Origin: Monocercomonoides exilis PA203
Lineage: Eukaryota; Protista; Preaxostyla
Assembly: GCA_001643675.2 (NCBI GenBank)
Contig: LSRY02000052.1
Location: 1-64,000, forward strand
Reading direction: 5' to 3'
Length of the DNA stretch: 64,000 bases
Shown here: in pieces, positions 12,908 to 23,858 of the stretch
How positions within the stretch are numbered: the first letter of the stretch is position 1
Layout of the letters: the number at the start of each line of letters is the position of its first letter
The notes under the pieces: generated by a model
What the model was told of the DNA's origin: nothing
Seen by the model: only the letters and a program-made list of their open reading frames with translations
Databases searched by the model: none
Translations under genes and position numbers: made by a program

Positions 12908-13552
12908 TTTTCTCTAATAAATATTTTCTTATGGAAAATCACAATTATTCTAAAATAATTTTTTTTATTTAAAAAATATGTATTGTTATTTTTCATTATT
13001 TGACTATTTCCAAAATTGTTAAAAATTTTTTTAACGTGATTTGAATTATAGAAAAAATTTTAAAAATTTCTTATCAGAAAAAATTGGAAAAATTAAAGAA
13101 TTCTTAAATTGAAGGTTTATTGAAAAATTCATCACATAAATGAACTTGTCTTATGAAAAATATCATTCTCATATATAAAGTTCTTAAAAATATATATAAT
13201 ATTGTTCTTCAATGAAAAAGAATCAGATCCATAATTCAAAATTCGAAGGAGTCAAAAAGATCAAAAAAAAAGTGCTAAAGGGGGAAAGTGCAAGGAGCAG
13301 AAAACAGTTTTTTCCAATAAATAAAGTACATATGTCGTTATTTATCATTTCCGGCATAAATCAGACACATGATAATATTGTCATTTTGTGATCGTCATTG
13401 TTTTTAATTTTCAAACAGAAAAAATTGAATTTATTTTTTTCTCGATGAATGAAAGGATTTTGGATTTTTTTCCAAAGCCAGAGAGTTTATAATTTTTTTT
13501 TATTATAAATGTGAATTAAATATTTCAAATTGAAATTTTTAGTGAAAATCTG
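12908..13552. promoter_or_regulatory. Divergent (bidirectional) intergenic region of the transposon
   Basis: AT-rich spacer between head-to-head ATGs at 12907 (-) and 13553 (+). Confidence 0.45.
13213..13430 (+). repeat. Degenerate internal copy of the TIR, oriented like the right TIR
   Basis: gaaaaagaatcagatcc...caaaaagatcaaaaaaaaagtgctaaagggggaaagtgca...cagtttttt aligns with 15843-15945. tcattttgtgatcgtcattgttt...aaacagaa aligns with about 16012-16050. Confidence 0.75.
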
Positions 13553-15442
13553 ATGAAACCCAATAAAAGGAAATTCATAATGTCAAGTGGGAGGTTGTCT
13601 GGTTCTCGATTTTCCCGTGCGCACACAAGCATGAGAAAGCAAAGCATAATGAACGATGTGGATATGCTATCGAACTTTTTCAGAAATATGTCAGTTGATC
13701 ATGCAAATAAAGTCCCCTTCGAATTTTTTATCAAATCGATCCCCGGAAACTCGCTAATGAATAATCTGATGAAAAATTATGGATGTTTGCTTTTTGTTTT
13801 TCCTTTATTTTCTTTGTTTTTTGTAATTAATAATTTTTTATTTTAATATTTATTATGTTTTTATTTTTTTATTATTTGTTTATAAAAAAGCACCATTACA
13901 TAAGTTTGTCCAAAAATTGAAGCTCCCGTTCAATGAATCGAACCCGTATATCCAAGAAAAAATGCTGCTGTGTCTGACTGAGTGGTTTTCTCAGCAAGAA
14001 CTGATACAAGATTTCAATTACAAGATCAACTGTTTGGGTGAATGTTTGAAGGATAAAAAGGAAGAGAATTCAATTCAATCAATTTTTCGGAAGCAATCTT
14101 CTTCATCAAGTTACAGTGTAATATCTTCAGACGAAGATGAAGCGGTTGATCAAATGTCTGAAGAAGAAGAAAGCGACGATGAAGAAACGGAGAGCGATGA
14201 ATGTTTAAAAATGAGCAAAGATAAAAAATGTTCAGATATTAAAAGAGGAGGAATGAAAATGGAAATAGAGGTTTGGTTTTTTATTTTTTTCAAAATTGCC
14301 TGATTCAATTTGACAGGCAAATCAATAATTATTTGTTTATTTTTTGTTTGTTGCTTTGAAGCAACAGTCTTCAATGGAAGCATTAGGAAATCCTTATTCT
14401 GTTCTTTCGACAGTTCCACAAATGAGTAGCTTTTTTCAATTTCCTCCTTCGTTTCTATTTCCAGCTCATCCTTTACCAAAAGAATCACGTTCATATGTTC
14501 AGGTGTTGGTGAATTGTGGGAGGGAGTTGATAAATTTTGGATCATCATGTGCTTTAGCTTCTATTTGTCAATGTCTGGCATCGTTTGGAGTGCAATGTGA
14601 TATCAAAAAAGACGTGGAGGAGTGTATATTTTCCGAAGACTTTTCAGTGCAATCAGAGGGAGAACTGTGACAAGCAAAGTGTGGGGAACTCCAGCATTTA
14701 TGAATTTTGTGCAAAAACATGGTGGGAGCAAATCTGATCCATTAGGGATCACAACAGCATATGAAGCAATTCTGAACGATGCATTTTTGAGGGGTGCAAT
14801 ATCAAGAAAGACTTCACAGTGAAGCAATCTTCATTCAAACTGTGTGCGAAGTGTTCTCATGTTCGTGTTCATAACCAAAATCCTTCGTTTTATTTCACCA
14901 TCATGCATCCATCGATTGTGAAGGGGTTGAATTTGTCATTGTCTGTAACCGATCAGTTATCAACTGAGGAACCGTGTATTGATGCTTATTGTGGGTGCAA
15001 GACTTCATTTTTGTATTGGACACAAATTGACAGGTTCCCAAAAATCCTTGCAATTTATCATAGCTCAAAGGAAAACTCCCCTGTTATGCAACCGCCCAAA
15101 ACTATCACATTTCATGGAAGTGGATCCACTCCGAAATCGATGGTGGTGACGTCACATGCAACAAATCAACTGAAACATGAGTTTTCTTTCTTTCCGAGGA
15201 TTGATTACAATTTCATTGGATATGTCCTTCATTCGATGAAACCTATGCCTATTGGTCATTTTATAGCAGTTGTTGTTGATGGAAGAGATGAATCGACTGG
15301 GGAGCTTAGTCTACTGGAGTGCAATGATGGAGTTATATCTCAGGTGAATTCCCATTTCAATGAAGCATATTGGAAAGCAATGGCAAATGAAGGATGGAAT
15401 GGTGCAATTTGTTTTTATAGAATAAACCAAATGATTGAATGA
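13553..15442 (+). CDS. Second transposon-borne USP/C19-like protein, paralog of the transposase N-terminus, with two apparent -1 frameshifts
   Basis: Exons 13553-13784, 13891-14270 and 14368 onward splice in frame. Cys box LINFGSSCALASICQC, CAKC, FPKILAIYH, His box GHFIAVV and LECNDGVI. The frame changes near 14610-14625 and 14805-14819. Confidence 0.75.
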
Positions 15443-15834
15443 TTTTGTTCTTTGTCTATTTTTGCTTTAATTTTTACTTTTTTTTTCCTTGCGATTTTTA
15501 CTTTCGAATTTTTCTTTTTTCAATTTTCTCACTTCCTCTCTTGATGTTTTCAGTTTGATTTTTAACAGTTTTCTCAAGAAATCATTTATAATGAATGAAA
15601 TATTTTTTATTTGAATAATGAATTTCTTCTGAAATGACAAATCCTTCAAAATTACAAAAACATATCATAATTTAAAATAAAAATAAAAAATGAAAAATAT
15701 GAAAACATCAATAACATTAACATTGCTGTTAAAAAACAAATAAAATTTATTTTCAGAAAATTTATATGATACCTGTCCTTATACGATTTTTAAATCACAA
15801 ATTTTAAAAATTCGACTATACTCAACATTGTCAA

Positions 15835-16276
15835 TTTTGAATGAAAAAAGGATCCGACCCTATATTTTAATTTTTCGAGGGCAAAAAGATCAAAAAATTA
15901 CGCGCTAAAGGGCGAAAAATGCAGATTTCAAAAAGCAGTTTTTAGTAATATATGAAGTTAAATCGATGAAATAAACCATTTTGAACAAAAAAAGTGGCAT
16001 CGAGATTCTGATCCTTCTGTCATCTTCATTGTTTGAAGCGGAAAACAGAAGTTTTTTCCATGAATACAAGTTTTTAAAATTCAGAAAAACATTTTTCTAA
16101 CTCTTATCACATACATAACTATTAAACAAAAAATCAAAATTTTTCTGATACTTGTTTTTTTTAATAAATATTCAAAAATTCAAAAAGATATGGTTCTGAT
16201 TAAAGCTGGAGTTTTGTTTCTTTCATTTTTTAAAACCACTAACTTTTCCAACTTTTTACCAGTTTGCTAATACTTT
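15835..16276 (-). repeat. Right terminal inverted repeat
   Basis: Reverse complement of 7878-8327. Confidence 0.95.
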
Positions 16277-17029
16277 CTTTTTTTAATGTTTGTAGTAATG
16301 CTATTATTTCTCAAATATATTTTTATTTACCACTTTTTTTAAAAAATATGTCATAATATATTCAAAATCTTTATATTTTATGTTTATTTGTCAGTAATAT
16401 CTGATTCTTAAACTGTTGGCCTGTATTTATCTTGCGTTGCGGCTTTTATGAGAAATGGTTTTTATAAAAAAATGGAGAATTTTATCAGATTCTGCTTTCA
16501 ACCGAACATGTTTTCTGGCGCTGATTGAGTTCACTCTGCTGCTCGTGCGCCAACAAGAAGAATGAAATATCATGCATTCATTCATCTTCTTGGCGAGTTG
16601 CAATAATTATTGAAGCAGTGGCATTTTTTATTTATGAAATGCTTTTACAGCGCATTGTTGCTAATTCAATGAGACGGGGAATTCAATTGTTTGTCGACTG
16701 GAGACAGCAGCGGAAGAGCAAGAAATGTAAAAGAATGCTCATGTTTTATGCAGGACAAGGGAGATTTGTTTTGCAGAAACAGAACTGCAGAGAAAGGAAC
16801 CGAACGAGAACAAAAGATGGAGGTAAGATAAAGGAATGAGAAGCAAGAGAGGTAGAATGGAAAATTAGAAAGGTTATTTTGTTCAATCTATTTAATTCAA
16901 TCTTCTTTTTTTTTTTAAATTTTGAACTTAATAATTATAATTTCAAGATCCTTGCATGATTTTTTATTATTTTTTCTCTGATTCAGATACAGATAACATT
17001 AAAACATGGCTTATTTTGACGAAGCAGAC

Positions 17030-19900
17030 GCGTCTGTTGAATATGCTAGTCTCAGAATTGCGAGCAGAAAACAGATGGTGCGGCGTTGGTGTGCGTCCAT
17101 TTGGTTGGTGATGGGCTGAAACATGGCGTGCCGAGAGTTGACAGTCGAAGAACAAAATGCAGGAGTTGATTTGGCCGTTTGAGTGGAAGATGCAGGAGCA
17201 TCGGTAGAACCTGGCGCGAATGCGGGAGTTTGATAAGCCACGAAAGACATAGCGGACAGCTGGAGCAGAAGAAGTGGTGTCGCCGACGCTGCCACTGCTG
17301 AAGCCGCGGGGGGAGTTCTATAAGGAATCGGAGCTTTCGTGCGTGACTGCGGTGCATAAGAAGAAAATTGTCTGGGAAGATAACAAAGTGTTAGTGAAGC
17401 TGCTTGAATGCAAGAAGTGTGAGCCTTGTGAAGTTGTGTTAAAGATACGGGAGACATGACGGGAGCTGAACTGAAAGATGGGAGATAAGAATGTGAAGAG
17501 GATGGAGGTGGAGATGAGCAAGAAGATGCTTGCGAGTTAGCAGATGGAAGAGAGAAAGTGGAAGAGAGAGAAGAAAAAGAAGGAGATGAAGACAATGAGA
17601 ACTGCAAAAAGATGGAGGATGAGAGAGAAGAACGAAATTTTGTTCAGCGGAGATAACATAGAAGGGAAATTGACGTCGCCAATTGAGAGAGAAAGAGAAA
17701 GAGGAAATAGAGTTGAGCACGAGGGTTCTTTATAGACAGAGAAAGATGGCATTTCCAAAAGCAAAGTCGATAGAATGATGCATTTGGAGTTATTTGATCA
17801 AGGCAGAACATCTCTTGTTATTCCTTCCTGCGAAGAATGGCTGCTGTCAGGAAAATTAGTGGAACACAAAGACTACTTGGGTTTTATTTCGCAATGAAGA
17901 TAAGCAGAGGTGGGCAATACGAACTCAATGAGAAGGTGCTAAAGAGGAGATGGACTATTTTCTGTGGAGGACGAAGAGAACGAAGAGAGAAGGAAAAGCG
18001 AGCTGAGAGTGCTATATGGCAGCTCGTCAGAAGCATCGAAGTCTGCTTCGAAGAAAAGCAGACGTGCTTGTGATACGTCTTCAGTGATTTTATCATCATC
18101 ATCATCATCTTCTTCTTCTTCTTCTTCAAAGCCTCACTCACACTCTCATTCCTTAAATTCGTCCCATTCAAAATCCAGCTCGTCAACAACAACCTTATCT
18201 CCTTCCTCAACAGCTGTTCCAACTGCATCATTATCATCACCTTCTTCTTCAACTTCTTCTATTTCATCTTCTTCATCAGCCTCTCAAAATACATCTGTTA
18301 TCAAACAATTTTGTCATCCTCTCCAGCCACTTGCACAGACACACAAGAAGCACAGCTATCGCACACTCAAACCGATCTCAATTGCGCATCCACGCTCAAC
18401 ACTCTCGCAAAATGCAGCTGAAATTAAAAGGCAGAAGAGGAAGACAGCAGCAAGTCAGAAGCGGAACTCGTCTCTATCACCTTTTTCTTTGATGTTATCT
18501 TCTTCCATTGCTTCTTCCTTTTCCTCTGCATCTTCATTGATTTCTTCTCCATCTTCAAATCTGCTCTCTTATTCTATTTCTTCCAAAAAGAAAACTGAGA
18601 ATGGAAATGAAAAAGAAAAGAAAAGAAAAGCGAAAATGAAGCCAAAATTGCAACAACTCACAGCTCTCCTGAAACGACACATGAGGAAAACGAAGATGAT
18701 GCAGAAAATCAGCCAAATGGTATTATCACTTCTCATCTAAATGCCTCTTCGAAACCAGATAGAAAAGTATTTCCATCTTCTTCAATATAAATTCGACTGA
18801 CTATTTCGACGTCGTCTCCATATTCAGACTTAGTTATATATTCTTCTTCTTCTTCGTTTTCTTCATCATCCTCTTCTTCTTCTGTTCTTCAAGAAATACA
18901 GTGCTCGCTCCATTTCACACTTCCTTCTCTTCTCCACCACTGGGTCTGCTGTGCTGAGACTTGCGGGCAGAGAAGCACGATGGAAGACAGTGTGTTGCTG
19001 CTGCCTGTTGATGGATGGGACATAGAGAAGCTTGTGTGCGACGGAGAAGAGGGGATTTTGGCTCGCATACTGAAATATCCGCAGGAGCTGAGGTTTGCTG
19101 AGAAAGGAATGAAGGCACTGGAAGACAGAGAGGATGAGATCTGGGCAAGGAGGATGAGAGAAAAGGAGAAAAGGAAGAAGGAAAGAAAGAGAAAAGATGG
19201 AGAAGGAAAAGAGAGGAAGGATAGAGAAAGAAAAGAAGAAGAGGATGATAAATCCATAAATAAGCTCAATACAAACATAGAAGCAAATGATGTTGAAATT
19301 AACTCACAATCGTTGCCTTCATCTTCTCTTTCGTCGTCATCATCTTCTTCTTCATATTCTTCAACAGAAAGTATTAAAGAACAGAATGTGAATGCACACA
19401 CAACAAATGCAGCTGATGATGCTTTTCTTCAACCTCCTCTGAATATTCCTCCTCCTCCTCCTCTTTCCGCTCAAGCTCAATTCAATGCCTCTGCTCTCTT
19501 CTCAACTACTTCTTCCATACTCCCCTATGCACCTCCTCCAACCTTTCCTTCCTTTCCTTCCTTTCCTTTTTTTCCCCCTCCTCCTCCTCCTTCTTCTTCT
19601 TCTTCTTATCCTTCCTCTTCCTCTTCTTCGTATTCCCTTTTTCCACTTTCTCTTCCCCATCATCTTATTATATCTTCGCAACTCGATTCATCTTCATCTT
19701 CTCCTTTTCCTTCTTCCCCTTCTTCAATTCCCCCATATCCCCTTCTTATCTTTCTTTCTCTCAGAGCAAGGAATGACAGATTTCGAGGAGTGTCATTTCA
19801 TCTGTTTCTTCCTTAACACGAAAGCCTGAAAGCATCGATACGAAAGGCAGAGGAGAGAGATGATTCTTTATGCAGCGCAGAGTGAATTAACAGTTGAGGA
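17030..19900 (+). pseudogene. Decayed gene containing a PP2C-like motif
   Basis: CAETCGQRSTMEDSV at about 18950-18995 matches the PP2C GxRxxMED motif. The rest is stop- and frameshift-broken with poly-Ser/Pro tracts. Confidence 0.3.
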
Positions 19901-21274
19901 GCCACCAAGATGCGCCTGGAAAGATGCCGCCACCTCCTCATTTGAACGAGGCGATATTGAGTGCTCTGACATATCAAGCAGATGAGATTGCAGTTGGTTG
20001 TATGGAAAAATATACAAATGGAATGCCTTTTGCCGGTGAGCTGGAAGTTGTCGGCATGCACACTCCAACAGAGCTTGTTGAGCGAGATGGTGGTGAAGAT
20101 GGAACACATCACACTGAAGGAACTTTATGAATGATTTAACACAGTGAGATTAGAATAACAACGCTGAAACCTCCGATGAAGAGATCCGTGGTGATGAGAT
20201 GCTCAACAAAGTTGCTGATGCCATCGCCAAGCAGGAGCAGAGGCTGTCGGCACTGAGGGTGGAAAGGTTGTCGTGAGAGAGGAAGAGGGAGGAAGTGGTG
20301 AGAGCATGATGAGCAGGGCAGGTGAGGGGGAAGGGAATGGACAGATATGTTGGAGAGGAAAAGGGTGCCTCGGCAAGAACAAATGAGCGAAAAGATGAGG
20401 TGGAGAGACTTGTTGGCTGCGGAAAAGAGGGTGGAGAACACAGCGATGGATCCGTCGAGGAGAGAGAAGAGGGAAGAGTGGGCAGATCCAGAGGAAGTTT
20501 TCAATTGAGCGGCAGATGTGCAACACAGTTGTGAAGATTGAATCGCAGGAGGCAAGCAGGTAGCTGACCTGGCGGGCAGAGGAGCCGGTGTCTTGGTCGA
20601 CGAATATCTGGTGGACGCGGAAGAATGTGATGAAGGGGAGGAGGTCGACATCGAGGTTGGGGTCGGTGGGAGGAGTGGGAGGCGATGGAGGGGGTGAAGG
20701 AAAGTATGCGAAGTGGAGGTTGAGAATGGAGAGGGGGAGGTCGGCACCGGCTGTGTCCAGCACGAATTCGCTGAGCTCATCGATGGCAAACACCACGCTC
20801 TCGAGGGAAAACTGTCAAATAGCGTCTGCCTCCCCCAAGAACACCCAGCTGCTCAATCCATGGGTCTGTGCCTGGTCTCGCTAGCCTCCTCATGCATCGC
20901 TGCGATCTTTATGCATCCCCCGTCTTAGCTCCCCCTTCTCCCCTCCACCAATCATACACTCGCTGCACTCCACCACGCTGCTGCTCCCAGTGCACTTGAT
21001 CTGTGAAAACGCTGTGCTCGCAATTTTGCACAGTGTTTCGAACTCTCATGGCACCAGCCTCCAAGAGCTGATTGTTATCAGCCTGAAAACCATCATCTCC
21101 ACTTTCAAAAGTTACTCTAACATCCTCATTCAAGGTCGAAACTGAATTAAGCAAGACTGCAGAAGAATTCAAGCAAACTTATTCACATATCTGTCCAGCT
21201 TTCAAAGTGATTTTCGAAGAGGAAGAAATAGCGCAAAGAAGAATATTCAAAAAATAGTTGAATGGAATGTTCAT
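19870..21274 (-). pseudogene. Decayed gene with signal-peptide-like N-terminus
   Basis: MNIPFNYFLNILLCAISSS... followed by in-frame stops and fragments 20909-21172 and 20203-20796 of coding-like composition. Confidence 0.3.
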
Positions 21275-22058
21275 CAAACAACTTAGGCAATGCTTAAAAG
21301 AAAAACAGATGATGAAAAAGATGTATTCATAATAGTTGTAAGCTTTTTTAGTGAAAAAAGTGAAATTTTTCTTATTTCTTTTTAATTTTTTTTGATTCTA
21401 ACTTTGCAATTTTTAAAAATAACTTTGATCAATCTATTTAAATAACTTCTTTGAAGTATTATTTATTTCCAAGCAAATATCAACGACAAATTGTTGTATA
21501 TTTGATAAATATCTTGAGTTTCTATTCTCTTTTTCAATGTTTATTATTGAATATCGATTGTTTTTAACGAAAGTTTTAAGATCTTCAATATTTATATATA
21601 AATTTCTTTCCAATAACATCATAAAACTTATTATAATATAAAAAATTATTGATTTCATATAGTTATTATTGTTATCATGTTATATTAATGATTAAAAAAA
21701 TGTTTTGTTGCGTTTATTGAATTATCGATGTTTTCCAATAAAATTTTTATATTTTTTTCAAAATTTGAAATAAAAACAATTGTAAACAATTTTAAACGAA
21801 CAAATAAATTATATTAACAATATATGAATGCAGATTTTTGCATTATTTTACGAAAATTTTTTCTTATCAACCCCACCCTTAATGAAAATTTTTTCTGATC
21901 AAACGTCGGAATTTTTTATGATATCATAAAAAATCACCCATTTTTTCAAACTATTGTTATGAATAAAGCATTTAAATACAAAAAAATTTACCAAAAACAA
22001 ATGATTATTGTACAAACAACACACCGAAAAAAGTTATGATTTCAAAAATAATCATTTA

Positions 22059-22463
22059 TAGTTAGTGTTAATAATGGTGAACACTTTCAAAAACTGTGGA
22101 CAGTGGCAATATCTCAACAACTGTTGATAATTGTTTTTTGACAATTAACACAATTATTCCTTCATTGAATGTGAATTAATACGAATTGTTTTTTTCATTC
22201 ACACATAACAATAAAATTTAATAAAAATTATTTTTTCTTCTCGGAGAAACTCGGAGAAATAAGATTCTCCGAGTTTCTCCGAATATTTAAATGTCTCTCA
22301 CTTTATTCTTGGGAGCAAGTTGTTTCATTTTTGAATGACTTATTAATTCACATTCAATGAGGGAATAATTGTGTTAATTGTCAAAAAACAATTATCAACA
22401 TAAGTTGAGATAATGCAACTGTCCACAGTTATTGAAAGTGTCCACCATTATTAACACTAACTA
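22059..22463. mobile_element. Foldback MITE with ~125-bp TIRs, TA flanks and a central palindrome
   Basis: 22057-22181 is the inverted repeat of 22341-22465. Ends are TA|TAGTTAGTG...CACTAACTA|TA. The centre has tcggagaaactcggagaa-6nt-ttctccgagtttctccga (22241-22282). Confidence 0.85.
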
Positions 22464-22702
22464 TATATTTCTTTCATAAAAATTTTCTGTTTGAGATTTA
22501 GAAAAGAATTATTGTTAATGAACTCTGAAAAGAGAAAAGGGCAATGAAAAATGTAATTGTTTTTCTTTCATTCAAACATTAACCGTTCTAAAAATTGGGA
22601 CACATTCAAAATATGAAAAGATATTTTTAATAGAATGATTAATAACTTCTGTGTTACTTACATTTGGCAGAAAGTGATGATTTCAAAAATGTCCGACCAC
22701 AT

Positions 22703-22942
22703 GGGTGATTCTTTTTGAAAAGTCACAAATGTTTAATTTTCAAATAAATCAAAAATTTCATAGTATGCTCAAATTTCTGTTAACTAATATCAAACTTCAC
22801 TAAAATGGAATCTATTCATTGATAATGCTATTTCAAACATTCTTGAGGAGATTTGTGAGCTGAAACAAAAATTTGAGCAAAATATGAAATTTTTGATATA
22901 TTTGAAAATTAAACATTTGTGACTTTTCAAAAAGAATCACCC
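22703..22942. mobile_element. 240-bp MITE with GGG termini, ~80-bp TIRs and a 4-bp TSD (ACAT), Sola2-type
   Basis: ACAT|GGGTGATTCTTTTTGAAAAGTCACAAATG...CATTTGTGACTTTTCAAAAAGAATCACCC|ACAT. Confidence 0.88.
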
Positions 22943-23241
22943 ACATGGATGATTGTTCAAGAAGTTATTTCTTTTTTAATGTGACTTTATTAATTTTTCA
23001 AAGTGAGAACTTTCACATTCAAAATATTAATTTTGCAAACGAATTTACAATTTTTTCAAAAGTAATAATAATTTTTGCGTTCGATTTAAGAATTGGGATA
23101 AAATATTTGTCTTTAGACATTTTCATTGATAAATTATGCACCTGAGATGAACTTTTTGTGATCAAAAAAAATTGAAATTAATGGATTTATTTTTTGAAAT
23201 ACAAGTGAGGTCACAAAGCATTTTGTTATTTCATCAATGAT

Positions 23242-23361
23242 GTTTGCATACGAATATGAAAATCAAATTTATTTTGTAATCTGATAAAGTTTGAAAATGT
23301 TTTAAGTGAAACATTTTTTTCAAGCAATGTGCATAAAAAGCTTGAAAGTCCATATTTTCTC
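23242..23361. repeat. Dispersed repeat, inverted homolog of 49278-49399
   Basis: Shared blocks tatgaaaatca(a/g)atttatttt and gtgca..aaaaagcttgaaagtcc.tatttt. Confidence 0.65.
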
Positions 23362-23858
23362 CCAATTGTTGAAAATCAAACAAAATTCACTTCACTCTCT
23401 CACGAAATTTTGTGAAAATCAGTTTTTCACTTTTGAATCGGTAAAAATTTGATGCTGTTGTTATTTTTTTGTGCGTTAGTATTATTTTAGTTATATTTTA
23501 TTCTTTCCTGAAAATTATAATAATTTCTATTTATTTTTATTCCAATGAAAATTTAAGATATTTTCATTTTGAATGCAAATTTATTATTTTGAATGAAAAA
23601 TATATTAATTCGAATGCAAAAATTCTCATTTTGTATAATTTTTGGTGTATTTGTTTGCATGCTCATCAAATGATTTATTTTAAGCATTTTCATTTTGTCA
23701 TTTTTCTCTGTTTTCAACTACAAAAAACAAATAAACAAATAAGAAAAAAATGAATTTAAAAATTTACAAAAAAACACATAACACAATCATGAAATGAGGT
23801 GAAATGCAATTACTACAAAAATTTTTATTATTTGAAAAATCTCCCAAGATTGAGAAAT

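Larger units (their letters stand above)
7878..16276. mobile_element. Sola-like (closest to Sola2) DNA transposon with long TIRs, carrying two USP-domain genes
   Basis: ~450-bp near-identical inverted repeats at 7878-8327 and 15835-16276 enclose a DDD transposase gene and a second gene. No TSD at the outer edges. An alternative inner boundary, 8301-15860, is GGG...CCC flanked by TATA. Confidence 0.85.

Noticed and set aside
14600-14625. Programmed -1 ribosomal frameshift
   Set aside because: No in-frame XXXYYYZ heptamer or clear downstream structure. Sequencing error or decay is simpler.
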